Below are positions 31,168-42,610 of a stretch of 64,000 bases of DNA, piece after piece. A program made the translations under genes and the position numbers. The DNA comes from Candidatus Eiseniibacteriota bacterium (GTDB taxonomy: Bacteria; Eisenbacteria; RBG-16-71-46; CAIMUX01; VGJL01), in assembly GCA_041946735.1 (NCBI GenBank), contig JBHGAY010000020.1:32001-96000 (forward strand). Direction: 5' to 3'. Under the pieces are notes generated by a model, which ran no database searches, was not told where the DNA came from, and saw only the letters and a program-made list of their open reading frames with translations. The first letter of the stretch is position 1. Every line of letters begins with the position of its first letter.

Positions 31168-33605
31168 GGCGTCGCGGGAGGGATGGAGAGGCTCTCGGCG
31201 GCCTCGCCGTCGGCCTCGGACGCCTCGGATGCGTCGGACGCCTCGACACTCGTCTCAGTGCCCGCCTCGACATCCATCTCGACCGGTTGCAGCGCTGCGT
31301 CCCCGTGGCGGAACGCGACCTCGATCCGGCCGCGCCATAGGGCGCCCGGCTCGAGGTCCAGCGTCCAGTAGGGCAGCGCGACCGTCCCCTGATAGTTGCG
31401 CTCGATCCCCCCTTCGCTGAGCGAGACCGTCTCGATCGCCGAGCGGACCCATCCTTCGCAGCCGGGGGCGTCGAGATCGATCCGCACCCGCTCCCACGCA
31501 TCGACGAAGGAGAGCCGCTTCGTCCCCGGGTGCGATCCAGCCCCCGCGATTGCCGGATCGACGGGCGGCACGCCGTCGGCGAGGACGTAGCGGTCCGGCG
31601 CGCGCGCGGCGAGGAGATTCCAGACCGTCTCGCTGCCGAAGACGAAGCGCAGTCGCTGCGAGGCGGAGGAGCGGATCTCGTAGCGGACCTCGAAGCGATC
31701 CTCTCCGCCGCGGAGTCGCACCTCCTTCTGCAGATCGATGCGACAGGAAGGGTCCTCGTCGAGCAACGCGACGCGCCTCAACCGCACGGACGCGACTCCG
31801 TCCTCCACCGCGCACGCCTCGACCCGGTAGGCAACCCCGGCGAGGTCTCCCCAGCCGACCGCTTCACCGGCGAGAAGACCGCTCGCGTCCGGCGCGGCGG
31901 CGAAGAGGCGATCGCCGATCCCGACGCGCTCCCGCCGGTCGTAGATGAGCAGCTGGTCGAGATCCTTCTCCTTCGCCGTGATCCGCTCGTGGATCGTCCG
32001 CGCCTTCTCCTCGCCCGCCTCGCGCGTTTCGCGCGCCTCGCCCCCCTCGCCCCCCTCGCCCACCTCCCGCGCACTGCCCGCCTTGCCCGCCGCCTCCCAC
32101 GGCGCCGCTCCCAGCTCGGCGTGGTAGGCCTCCGGGCGGCGCGTCAAGGCGTTCTGCAGGTTCCGGCCGGCGACGCGATCGTCGATCTCGAGAAGGCCGC
32201 CGCCGCGACGCGGCGAGACGACCAGCGAGAGTCGATGCGAGGCGAGCAGGACTTCCTCCTCGCCGCACCGGTCGACGTCGGCGCGCCGCACGTCGACCCA
32301 GTCGGCTCCGGGGTGCAGGCCGCGGTCGAGCGCCGTCTCCCCGCTCACGAGACGGCGCTGCACGCCGTCGCGCAGGTGCGGGAGGTAGAGCCCACCGAAA
32401 ATGCCGTGCCAGTAGGCGCAGTTGCACTGGCCGGCCCAGAGCCGGTCGCGGATCGTCGGGATCATCCCTCGCGTTTCCTCGGACATCGCGCCGCTCGCCG
32501 CCTCCAGCCGGTCCAGCGCGTCGGCGATCCTTCCGTGCAGGATCGCCGACTCCGAGTAGCGGGCGAGGAAGTTGCGGAAGAAGCCTCCCTGCAGCAGGCG
32601 CCGCGCCTCCTCTTCGCGCCCCTGCTGCTCCATCCAGCGCTCCGTCGTCTCGAGCAGGCGCCGCGCCGCCGGCGGCAGCGCCCAGGCGGTCATCTCCCGG
32701 TACGATCCGTCGGGCAAGTACGCCTTGCCGCGAGGCGGGACGGCCCGCGCCTCGGCCGAGAGATGCACGAGCGAGACCCACCCGGCCTCCTCGGCGATCC
32801 GGTCGAAGAAGCGGTCGAGCCATCCCTGCTCGTAACAGAGGGCGTGGGTGCCCGGCCAGATCCCGAACTTTTCCCCGTCATCCGCGAGCACGCGAAGCGT
32901 GCCCGGACGCTCCTCCTTCCACCCGCGCAACGTCGCGAGGACCTCCTCCGGCCCCGCGAACGGAATCTGGTAGCGCAGGCGCATCGCGATCGGGAAGAGG
33001 CGCACCATCCGTCCAGCCTCCTCCGTGAGGTACGCCCCGCACAGATCCTCCTCGGCCAGCCCGATCTGGAGGAACTGCGTGTCGTCGAGGCAGAGCCACT
33101 CGATCCCCTCCGCCGCCAGGTCCGAAGCGAGATGCGGCTCCCAGACCCGCTCGGTCAGCCAGATCCCCCTCGGGGTCACGCCGAACCGCCCCTCGAGAAA
33201 GTCGCGCATCCGCCGCAGCTGCCCGCGACGGTCGCGAGTCGAGAGCAGCGGGAGGATCGGCTCGTAGAACCCGCCGCCGACCAGCTCCACCTGCCCGCGC
33301 GCGACGAGCGGCGCGACCCGCTCGCCGTACTCCGGATGCCTCTCCTCGAGCCACTCCCACAGGCAACCGGAGTTGTGCAGCCCGATCCGCACCTCGGGCC
33401 TCCGCTCGAGCAGGGCGAGGAACGGCAGGTAGGACCGCACGTACGCATCCTCCACGACGTGCTCGAGGTTGCCGACCGGCTGATGGTTGTGGAGAACGAT
33501 CGCGAAGCGGAGTCCCGGCCACCCTTCGGTCCGAGACTCCGGCGAACTTCCCGTCGAACTTTCCGTCGAACTCTCCGTCAAACGTTTCGTCGAAGCGTCC
33601 GTCAA
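31164..33605 (-). CDS. Glycoside hydrolase family 57 (alpha-amylase/4-alpha-glucanotransferase type)
   Basis: HNHQPVGN, GGGFYEPIL, WLTERVWEP (nucleophile), DDGEKFG (acid/base), QCNCAYWHGIFGGLYLPHLR, ETVSLSEGG.E..YQG. Confidence 0.92.
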   Translation of the reverse strand: MTDASTKRLTESSTESSTGSSPESRTEGWPGLRFAIVLHNHQPVGNLEHVVEDAYVRSYLPFLALLERRPEVRIGLHNSGCLWEWLEERHPEYGERVAPLVARGQVELVGGGFYEPILPLLSTRDRRGQLRRMRDFLEGRFGVTPRGIWLTERVWEPHLASDLAAEGIEWLCLDDTQFLQIGLAEEDLCGAYLTEEAGRMVRLFPIAMRLRYQIPFAGPEEVLATLRGWKEERPGTLRVLADDGEKFGIWPGTHALCYEQGWLDRFFDRIAEEAGWVSLVHLSAEARAVPPRGKAYLPDGSYREMTAWALPPAARRLLETTERWMEQQGREEEARRLLQGGFFRNFLARYSESAILHGRIADALDRLEAASGAMSEETRGMIPTIRDRLWAGQCNCAYWHGIFGGLYLPHLRDGVQRRLVSGETALDRGLHPGADWVDVRRADVDRCGEEEVLLASHRLSLVVSPRRGGGLLEIDDRVAGRNLQNALTRRPEAYHAELGAAPWEAAGKAGSAREVGEGGEGGEARETREAGEEKARTIHERITAKEKDLDQLLIYDRRERVGIGDRLFAAAPDASGLLAGEAVGWGDLAGVAYRVEACAVEDGVASVRLRRVALLDEDPSCRIDLQKEVRLRGGEDRFEVRYEIRSSASQRLRFVFGSETVWNLLAARAPDRYVLADGVPPVDPAIAGAGSHPGTKRLSFVDAWERVRIDLDAPGCEGWVRSAIETVSLSEGGIERNYQGTVALPYWTLDLEPGALWRGRIEVAFRHGDAALQPVEMDVEAGTETSVEASDASEASEADGEAAESLSIPPATP
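33544..33603. repeat. Five degenerate 12-nt tandem repeats at the IIB/GH57 junction
   Basis: gaacttcccgtc gaactttccgtc gaactctccgtc aaacgtttcgtc gaagcgtccgtc. Confidence 0.8.
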
Positions 33606-34099
33606 GGCTTCGCGCCTCCCTGCGCGAGAAGTTCGGCAAAAGGACGGGGGGGCCGCGAAGGCAGATCCTGCGCGTAGAGCCGGATCCCGGCCGCCGCCAG
33701 GCTCTCCGCCGCGCGCAGATCGTCCGCGGTCAGGAACAGGTAATCGAGATAGCGCCGCGCGCCGGCTCGCTCGTGGAGCCCGCCGAGGTTGATGCTCTCC
33801 GGCCGGAACCCGCCGTCGACGAGACGCGCCATCCCGTCAAGACCGCGCACGAGCAGGACGGTCCGCTCCGGATTCGCGCGCGCGCGCCCGGCCACGAAGC
33901 CCGCCGTGTCGAGCACCTCGAGGGTGGTGCCCTCGGGAAGCGCCGCTTCGAAGAGCGAGAGGGAGAAGGGATCGCCGGCGATCGCGTCGTCGACGATCAG
34001 GAAGCCGGCCGGGTCGAGCGCCTGCCGCCAGCCGAGCGCGACCTGGCCGTGCAGCAGGCGGTCGTCGACCCGCACGAGGAGATAGCTCAGCCGATGCAC
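33602..34099 (-). CDS. PTS mannose/sorbose family IIB
   Basis: RVDDRLLHGQV (phospho-His), INLGG. Confidence 0.9.
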   Translation of the reverse strand: MHRLSYLLVRVDDRLLHGQVALGWRQALDPAGFLIVDDAIAGDPFSLSLFEAALPEGTTLEVLDTAGFVAGRARANPERTVLLVRGLDGMARLVDGGFRPESINLGGLHERAGARRYLDYLFLTADDLRAAESLAAAGIRLYAQDLPSRPPRPFAELLAQGGAKP

Positions 34100-34482
34100 T
34101 GGATCCCGTCGCGCCCCTTCTGCACGAGACGCTCCCGCAGCTCGGCCATCGGATAGCGGTCGCGATTGTGCAGGAAGTCGAGAAGCATGGGCAGGTTGAT
34201 CCCCGAAAGGATCGTGGTGTCGTCATGCGCTCGCAGGATCTCGCGGCACGCGTGCCCGCAGCTTCCCCCCAGCAGGTCGACGAAGAGGAACACGGCCGAG
34301 GCGGCCCGCCCCTTGAGGATCTCCCGGACGCGATCGACGATCCCGTCGAGGCTCGCGCCGAAGTTCGAAATGACCTCGAGCTGCTCCTGCGGGCCGAGAA
34401 TCGCCTCGGCCGTGCGGCGCAACTCCTCCCCCAGCGACCCGTGCGTCACCAGGATCCCGAGCGTCCTGCTCGTGCTCGCCAT
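34087..34482 (-). CDS. PTS mannose family IIA
   Basis: LVTHG, DLLGGS, GINLPML. Confidence 0.9.
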   Translation of the reverse strand: MASTSRTLGILVTHGSLGEELRRTAEAILGPQEQLEVISNFGASLDGIVDRVREILKGRAASAVFLFVDLLGGSCGHACREILRAHDDTTILSGINLPMLLDFLHNRDRYPMAELRERLVQKGRDGIQCIG

Positions 34483-34486
34483 CTCC

Positions 34487-35452
34487 CTACTCCAGATCGT
34501 CCCTCGCCAGCACCTCGAGGTTGCGCTTGCGGCGAATCAGCTGCAGGAGATTCTCGTTGAAGTGCTCGGCCGGGTTGTACCCGTACGCCTTGACGAGGTA
34601 GTTGAGCGCGATCGTCTCCGCGATCACCGTGATGTTCTTCCCCGGAAAGATCGGGACGACGACGAGCGGGATCCGGACGTCGAGGATCGTCGTCGTCTTC
34701 TCGACCAGCCCCAGCCGCTCGTAGTCCTCGTTGGAGTCCCACTCGCGCAGGTTCACCTCGACCTCGACCCGCTTGCGCGCGCGGATCGAACGGATCCCGA
34801 AGATCGCCTGCACGTCGACGATCCCGATCCCCCGGATCTCCATGCAGTGGCGGAGCATCTCGTTGCCCGATCCGATCAGGACGTTGTGCTGGCGGCGGAT
34901 CGTCACGACGTCATCCGCCACGAGCCGCGCCCCGCGCTCGACCAGATCGAGCGCGCACTCGCTCTTGCCGATCGCGCTCCTGCCGGTGATCAGAAGCCCC
35001 ACGCCGTAGACGTCGACGAGCGAGCCGTGCACCGTCGTGCTCGGAGCGAACAGCTCGTCGAGGAACGCGGTCACCTGATGGATCAGCGGCGTGGTCGACA
35101 TGTCCGACCCGAAGATCGGGATCTGCCGCGAATCGGCCAGCTCGCGCATCGGGTCGGGAGCCTTCAATCCCTTCGTCACGATCACGCAGGGAAGCGGGAA
35201 CTGGAACACGTTCTCGAGAGCGCGGGCGCGCGCTTCGGGATCGAGGGTTTCGAGATAGCTGATCTCGGTCTGCCCGAAGATGAGGATCCGCTCCCAGAGG
35301 AAGTTGTCGACGAAGCCGGTCAGGGCCAGCCCCGGCCGGTTGATGTCGCTCGTCGTGATCGGTTGGCGGCTCGTCATGCCGCCGCCGATCAGGGTGAGGT
35401 GCAGCTGCGCCCCGGCCCGCTCATGGAACTCTCGGACGGAGATCCCCGCCAT
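34487..35452 (-). CDS. hprK: HPr kinase/phosphorylase
   Basis: INRPGLALTGF, HGSLVDVYGVG...GRSAIGKSE, LVADD, EIRGIGI. Confidence 0.96.
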   Translation of the reverse strand: MAGISVREFHERAGAQLHLTLIGGGMTSRQPITTSDINRPGLALTGFVDNFLWERILIFGQTEISYLETLDPEARARALENVFQFPLPCVIVTKGLKAPDPMRELADSRQIPIFGSDMSTTPLIHQVTAFLDELFAPSTTVHGSLVDVYGVGLLITGRSAIGKSECALDLVERGARLVADDVVTIRRQHNVLIGSGNEMLRHCMEIRGIGIVDVQAIFGIRSIRARKRVEVEVNLREWDSNEDYERLGLVEKTTTILDVRIPLVVVPIFPGKNITVIAETIALNYLVKAYGYNPAEHFNENLLQLIRRKRNLEVLARDDLE

Positions 35453-35471
35453 CGGACTCGCGCTTCCTTCT

Positions 35472-36014
35472 CTATTCGGCCTCGACGAGGCCGAAGTTCC
35501 CGTCCTCGCGCAGATGCACGAGGCTCACCTTTCCCGATCGCGCGTTTCGGAACATGAGGAAGTCGGAATCCCCTTCCCGGAGGATACGGATCGCCTCCTC
35601 CACCGTGACCGCCTCCGGATGCCACTGCTTCCCGCGGACGACGACCGGCGCCCACTCCTCCTCGGCCTCGACCGTCGACAGCTCCTCCTCCTCGACCGGG
35701 ACCCCCGCCGGAACCGGCTTGCGGGTCTTCCGGTCGCGCATGCGCGTGTTCCACTTCTTCAGCTGGCGCTCGAGCCGGTCGACCACCTGGTCGATCGAGC
35801 TGAGCATGTCGTGCGATTCCTGGCGGCTGATCAGATCGGTGCCGTTGGCACGAACGGTCACCTCGGCGATCTGGCGGTGCTTTTCCTGCGCGAGGACCAG
35901 GTGGACCTCCTGGATCTGGTCCGAATAGCGGTCGAGCTTCTGCAGCCTCTTCTCCACGCGCTCGCGCAGCTGCGGGGTCAACTCGTATCTCCGGGCGGTG
36001 GTAATGATGTCCAT
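35472..36014 (-). CDS. hpf: Ribosome hibernation promoting factor (long HPF)
   Basis: S30AE domain plus C-terminal VEEAI..L...F.MFRN; downstream of rpoN. Confidence 0.9.
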   Translation of the reverse strand: MDIITTARRYELTPQLRERVEKRLQKLDRYSDQIQEVHLVLAQEKHRQIAEVTVRANGTDLISRQESHDMLSSIDQVVDRLERQLKKWNTRMRDRKTRKPVPAGVPVEEEELSTVEAEEEWAPVVVRGKQWHPEAVTVEEAIRILREGDSDFLMFRNARSGKVSLVHLREDGNFGLVEAE

Positions 36015-36062
36015 CGACCCTCCTCCTGTTACTGGCACCCCTCGGAGCCTGGGCCCCCGGGC

Positions 36063-37529
36063 CTACGGCTCCTCTTCGATCTCCGTCGCACGTTCGTGGC
36101 GCTTGCGGAACTGCGCCTTGTCGATCTTCATCTGCTCGCGGTACTTCGCGACGGTGCGCCGGGCGATCTGGATCCCCTCCGCCTGCAGCATGCGGGCGAT
36201 CTTGTCGTCGGAGAACGGGTTCTTCTTCGGCTCCGACTCGACGAGATCCCGGATCCGTTCTTTCACGGCTTTCGCCGACGCGTCCTCTCCCCACTCGGTA
36301 TGCAGGCGGCTCGAGAAGAAGAACTTCATCGGGAAAACCCCGCGCGGCGTCTGCACGTACTTCGCCTTCGTCACCCGAGCGACCGTCGACTCGTGGATTC
36401 CCACCTTACTGCCGATGTCCTGCAGCGTCATCGGCTTCAGATGCGACACCCCGTGCTCGAAGAACTCACGCTGCTCCTCGACGATCGCCTTCATGACGTT
36501 GACCATCGTGCTGCGCCTCTTCTCGATCGCCTGGATCAGCCAGCGCGCCGAGTTGAGCCGCCCTTCGATGTACTCGCGGACTTTCGGGTCGCCGTCCTTC
36601 CGCCGCATGAGAGCGCTCTGATAGGCCGAACTCACGCGCAGTCGCGGAATCGAACGGTCGTTCAGATAGACCTGATACGCGTCCCCTTCCTTCTCGACGA
36701 TCAGGTCGGGGTAGATGTAGCGGATGTCATCGGTGGAGACAAGCCGGCCGGGGTGCGGCATCAGCTCCGCGATCTGGTCGGCTGCCTCCTGCACCTTGTC
36801 GAGGCCGACCTTCAGGTCGCGGGCGATCTCCGCCTGGCGGCGCTTGACGAGGTTGTCGAACTGCTCGTCGAGGATTCGCCAGGCGATCGTCCCTTCCATC
36901 CCCTTCGCCTTCAGCTGCAGCAGCAGGCACTCGCGCAGGTCGCGCGCGCCGATGCCGGGCGGATCGCACGACTGAAGCTTCGCGATCATCGCGCGGACCG
37001 CATCGAGCCCGGCGCCCGTCTGCTCTGCGACCTCCTCCTCGCCTGCCGTCAGGTAGCCGCGCTCGTCCAGCATCCCGACGAGATACTCGGCCAGGCTCTC
37101 CTCCTCCGGGCCGCGGACCATCAGGCGCAGCTGCTCGAGGATCGCGTCCGCCATCGTCGTCCCCGCCACGGGGACTTTCTCGAGGAACTCGGTCTCCTCC
37201 GTCTCGCCGCGCGTGAAGGAGTTGTCGTACTCGTCGTGATAGAACTCCGACCAGTCCGGCTCCTCCGGCTCCTGCTCGGTCTTCGACGCCTCCACGTATT
37301 GATCCTCGCCCGTCGCGACCGGCACCTCCTCGGGGGTCTCCTTTGGCGCCTCGTCGACGATCGGGTCCTCCTCCTCGAGCTCGAGGACCGGATTCGTGAG
37401 GATCTCCTGGTGCAGCATCTGCTGCAGCTCGAGCGTCGGGATCTGGAGGAACTTGAGCATGAGCTGGACCTTCTGGGTCATCACCAGCCGCATGCCCTGC
37501 TCCATGCGGAGCCCCGGCTTCATCTCCAT
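36063..37529 (-). CDS. rpoN: RNA polymerase sigma-54 factor
   Basis: DPPGIGARDL.ECL, HESTVAR, RpoN box ARRTVAKYR. Confidence 0.97.
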   Translation of the reverse strand: MEMKPGLRMEQGMRLVMTQKVQLMLKFLQIPTLELQQMLHQEILTNPVLELEEEDPIVDEAPKETPEEVPVATGEDQYVEASKTEQEPEEPDWSEFYHDEYDNSFTRGETEETEFLEKVPVAGTTMADAILEQLRLMVRGPEEESLAEYLVGMLDERGYLTAGEEEVAEQTGAGLDAVRAMIAKLQSCDPPGIGARDLRECLLLQLKAKGMEGTIAWRILDEQFDNLVKRRQAEIARDLKVGLDKVQEAADQIAELMPHPGRLVSTDDIRYIYPDLIVEKEGDAYQVYLNDRSIPRLRVSSAYQSALMRRKDGDPKVREYIEGRLNSARWLIQAIEKRRSTMVNVMKAIVEEQREFFEHGVSHLKPMTLQDIGSKVGIHESTVARVTKAKYVQTPRGVFPMKFFFSSRLHTEWGEDASAKAVKERIRDLVESEPKKNPFSDDKIARMLQAEGIQIARRTVAKYREQMKIDKAQFRKRHERATEIEEEP

Positions 37530-37565
37530 CCGTGTCGTCCCCGAGCCTCCCGGCCTTGCTTCGGC

Positions 37566-38330
37566 CTAGAGGCGGAAGTTCTCCCCCAGGTAGATCCGCC
37601 GCGCCTCGGGGTCCTCCGCCAGTTCCTTGGCTGTCCCTGCGAGCAGGATCCGACCTTCGTACATCAGATACGCCCTGTCAGTCGCGTTCAGCGTTTCCCG
37701 CACCGTGTGATCCGTGATGAGGATCCCGAGGCCTCGATCGCGCAGCTTGCGAATGATCCCTTGAAGCTCCTGCACCGCGATCGGGTCGATTCCGACGAAC
37801 GGCTCGTCGAGCAGGAGGAAGGACGGCTGCGTCACGAGCGCTCGCGTGATCTCGCAGCGCCTCCTCTCCCCTCCCGAGAGCTGCATCCCCTTGCGATCCT
37901 TCAAATGCAGGATGTCCAGCTCGCGGAGCAGGTTCTCGCATCGCGCCTCCCGCTCCGCCTTGGGCGCCGGCGTCGTCTCGAGCACCGACATCACGTTGTC
38001 CCAGACGGTCAGGCGCCGGAAGACGCTCGGCTCCTGGGAGAGGTATCCGATGCCGAGCCGCGCCCGCCGGTACATCGGAAGCGGCGAGATGTCCCGATCG
38101 CCGAGGAGGATGCGGCCGCCGTGCGGAGGCAGCAGGCCGACGATCATATAAAAGGTGGTCGTCTTGCCCGCCCCGTTGGGGCCGAGCAAGCCGACGACCT
38201 CGCCCGGGCTCACTTCGAGGCTGACGCCGCGGACGACCTCGACCTTGCCATAGGAGCGCTGCAGCCCTTCCGCGCGAAGGCTTCCGTGGGGCGATGCGAA
38301 AGGACGGTCAGCGTCCGGTCCCGTCGTCAC
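37566..38330 (-). CDS. lptB: LPS export ABC transporter ATP-binding protein
   Basis: GPNGAGKTT, YLSQEPSVF, LSGGERRR, DEPF.GIDP, ITDH; start codon approximate. Confidence 0.94.
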   Translation of the reverse strand: MTTGPDADRPFASPHGSLRAEGLQRSYGKVEVVRGVSLEVSPGEVVGLLGPNGAGKTTTFYMIVGLLPPHGGRILLGDRDISPLPMYRRARLGIGYLSQEPSVFRRLTVWDNVMSVLETTPAPKAEREARCENLLRELDILHLKDRKGMQLSGGERRRCEITRALVTQPSFLLLDEPFVGIDPIAVQELQGIIRKLRDRGLGILITDHTVRETLNATDRAYLMYEGRILLAGTAKELAEDPEARRIYLGENFRL

Positions 38331-39105
38331 CGCCACCGCCCTCGCCCTCGCCGTCGCCGGGACCGGAACCGCTGGAGTCGGCTTCGCCGCCGGAGCCTGG
38401 CGAGCCGCTACCGCCCGCTCCGCCGCCGCTTCCGGTGTCCATGCCGCCCGCGCCGCCCACGCTGTCCGCGCCGAAGGGCTCGAGGAACTCATCGCGAAGC
38501 TGCTCCCCCTCGCGCACCGTCGCCCGGACGTCGCGCAGGATCTGGTAATGGTCGAGGTTCGGATCGCTCCGGAATCCGATCCCCGTCAGGATGTCTCCGC
38601 CGTGCACGAATCGCACGAACCGATCGGACTGCACCCGCCCGTTCTTTCGATCCCAGAACAGCTCCTCGGTTTCGAGCCGGTCCCCCTCGGGATTGCGAAC
38701 GAGGACGTTCCCCCGGGCGACCAGCGTCCCCTTCCTGGAATCGACGCTTCCGCTGTCGGCCGTGAGGATCGATCGCACCGCGTCCGACCCCTGATAAAAG
38801 TCGACCTTGAGCGACTCGAGACGGGTCGGCTCCGTCGCGCCCCCCCGGACGGCCCTGCGAGCTCGTAGCACCCACTCGAGGGCGCCCGCCGTCGTCTCCC
38901 GCAGCTCGAGATCGCGGATCACCTGGACCGGCCCGCCCGCCTCCCGCTCGCTCGTCTCCGGAGGTTGCGAAGACGACCCGCACCCGCCCGGCAGGCCGGC
39001 AACAAGCACGAGCGCTCCTGCGGCGAGGATCCGGCGGGCACGGCCAAGGACCGGCGCGGTCCGCGTTCGCTCTGCGATTCCGGCCGTTCGCGAGTTCGAT
39101 CTCAT
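38308..39105 (-). CDS. lptC: LPS export periplasmic protein LptC
   Basis: Hydrophobic N-region with possible lipobox LPGGC; beta-jellyroll (LTADSG, GNVLV, LETEELFWD, GIGFRSD); Gly/Ser tail; start uncertain. Confidence 0.85.
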   Translation of the reverse strand: MRSNSRTAGIAERTRTAPVLGRARRILAAGALVLVAGLPGGCGSSSQPPETSEREAGGPVQVIRDLELRETTAGALEWVLRARRAVRGGATEPTRLESLKVDFYQGSDAVRSILTADSGSVDSRKGTLVARGNVLVRNPEGDRLETEELFWDRKNGRVQSDRFVRFVHGGDILTGIGFRSDPNLDHYQILRDVRATVREGEQLRDEFLEPFGADSVGGAGGMDTGSGGGAGGSGSPGSGGEADSSGSGPGDGEGEGGGGDDGTGR

Positions 39106-39139
39106 CCTAGGAAGCGAGCGACGACGGGGCAAGCATAGA

Positions 39140-40135
39140 CTATGCCAAACTAGGGGCCGGCCCGGTCCCGAGGCGCAGGCAGTCGTGAAGATGGAGGACT
39201 CCCGACGGTTTCCCCTGTTCGTCGACGACGATGAGCGACGTGATCGGCCCACCTGGATTCGTCTCCATCCGCGCGACCGCTCCCGCGAGCAGCTCGTCGG
39301 GATCGATCGTTTTGGGCTCCGGCGTCATCACGCGCCGCACCTCGAGCCTGTCGATCGATCCGTAGCGGAAGAGGATTCTGCGGATGTCGCCGTCGGTGAG
39401 GACGCCGATGAGCGCTCCGCGGGAGTCGACGACGGTCGTCATGCCGAGGCGCTTCTCGATCATTTCGACGAGCGCTTCCCGCAAGGTCGCGCCGGCCGGG
39501 ACGCGAGGGACGTCGCTTCCACGCTTCATCGCATCTCGTACCCGCAACGTCGCGATCCGTCCCAAGACGCCGCCGGGATGCAGAAAGGCGAAGTGCTCGC
39601 GCGTCAGCCCTTTCTCCCAAAGGACGAGCAGCGTCAGAACGTCTCCAAGCGCCTGGAAGACGGTCGTGCTCGTCGTCGGCACCTCAGGGATCGGCCCGGG
39701 CTCCTCGATCGGACCCACGTCGAGGACGACGGTCGAGAGACGGGCCAGGCTTGAATCGGGCCGGCAGACGATCGAGACGATCGACACTCCCATCCGCTGG
39801 AAGCTGGGGACCAGGTCGAGGAGCTCACGGCTCTCCCCGCTCTTGCTCACGAACAGGCCAAGATCGTCCGGCATCAGGAGGCCGACGTCGCCGTGCATCG
39901 CATCGACCGGATGGATGTAGAGAGCGGGAGTCGCCGTCGAGCGGAACGACGCAGCGATCTTCGAAGCGACGATCCCGCTCTTCCCCACGCCCGTCACGAG
40001 CAGCCGCCCGCGGCAGTCGCGAATGCGGCGAACCGCTTCGCCGAACACCTCACGCGGGAACAGCCCCTCGAGCTGCTCCAGACCACGGATCTGCGAGCGC
40101 AGAATCCCCGTCGCGCGCTCCGCGAACTCATTCAT
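39140..40135 (-). CDS. kdsD: Arabinose-5-phosphate isomerase (KpsF/GutQ, SIS plus CBS pair)
   Basis: TGVGKSG, HGDVG, PTTSTT, HPGG.LG, TDGDIRR. Confidence 0.93.
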   Translation of the reverse strand: MNEFAERATGILRSQIRGLEQLEGLFPREVFGEAVRRIRDCRGRLLVTGVGKSGIVASKIAASFRSTATPALYIHPVDAMHGDVGLLMPDDLGLFVSKSGESRELLDLVPSFQRMGVSIVSIVCRPDSSLARLSTVVLDVGPIEEPGPIPEVPTTSTTVFQALGDVLTLLVLWEKGLTREHFAFLHPGGVLGRIATLRVRDAMKRGSDVPRVPAGATLREALVEMIEKRLGMTTVVDSRGALIGVLTDGDIRRILFRYGSIDRLEVRRVMTPEPKTIDPDELLAGAVARMETNPGGPITSLIVVDEQGKPSGVLHLHDCLRLGTGPAPSLA

Positions 40136-40978
40136 CGGCCGCGCTCCCCCGCCTCCTCCCGCAACCGCGCCTCGAAACGCTTGCGCTCCGCCATCTCCTC
40201 AAGGAAGTCGCGCACGCCGGCCAGCGGTAGCTGGGTCGTCGCATCGGAGAGGGCGCGGTCGGGATCCGGATGCGTCTCGAGGAAGAGACCGTCGGCGCCG
40301 GCAGCGATCGCCGCGCGGGCGAGGGGGCGGGCAAAACTCCGGTCTCCGCCGACCCCGGGCTTCTGCAGGGAGTGCGTCACGTCGTAGACCACCGTGCAGG
40401 GGAGCCGCCGCAGGATCGCGATCGATCGCATGTCGACGACCAGGTCGCGATAGCCGAAGGTGGTGCCGCGCTCCGTGAGCCAGAACTCCCCGTCCGGGCG
40501 GGCGGCGGCGAGCTTCTCGAGGATCCGCGAGGCATCCTCCGGAGCGAGGAACTGGCCCTTCTTCACGTTCACGACCGCCGAGGCGCGCGCCGCCTCCTGC
40601 AGCAGCCGCGTTTGCCGGCAGAGGAAGGCGGGCACCTGCAGCACGCGCACCGCCGCAGCCACCGGCCCGCACTCCGACCGGCAATGGACGTCGGTCAACA
40701 CCGGCAGCCCGATCTCGCGCTCGACCCGCGCAAGAGTCGCGAGCGCGCGCTCGAACTCGAGGCCGGTGAACGAGCCGAGGTCCGACCGGTTGTCCTTGCG
40801 ATAGGAGCTCTTGAAGACGATCTCGATCCCGAGCGCCGTGCCTGTCTCCTTCAGCCTCCCCGCGACCTCGAGCGTCATCTCCTCGCTTTCGATCACGCAG
40901 GGGCCGGCGATCGCGAAGAGCCGCTCAGGCGCGAGTGGCCGCCCCAGGAAGCGGACGGTCCGGCCGGCCGTGGAAGAG

Positions 40979-40986
<8 letters not shown>
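40132..40986 (-). CDS. kdsA: KDO 8-phosphate synthase
   Basis: [36 protein letters not shown]. Confidence 0.94.

Positions 40987-42606
<1,620 letters not shown>

Positions 42607-42610
<4 letters not shown>

Noticed and set aside
33544..33603. Mini-CRISPR or iteron array
   Set aside because: The units are contiguous degenerate 12-mers with no spacers, and there is no cas or rep gene.
36015..36062. sigma54 promoter near rpoN/hpf (TGGCAC at about 36033)
   Set aside because: It is on the opposite strand to the operon and lacks the -12 TTGC element.
39104..39132. TTGCCC-N17-TAGGAT promoter-like match before lptC
   Set aside because: The -10 overlaps the most plausible lptC ATG and no good downstream start keeps the signal region, so it is left unresolved.
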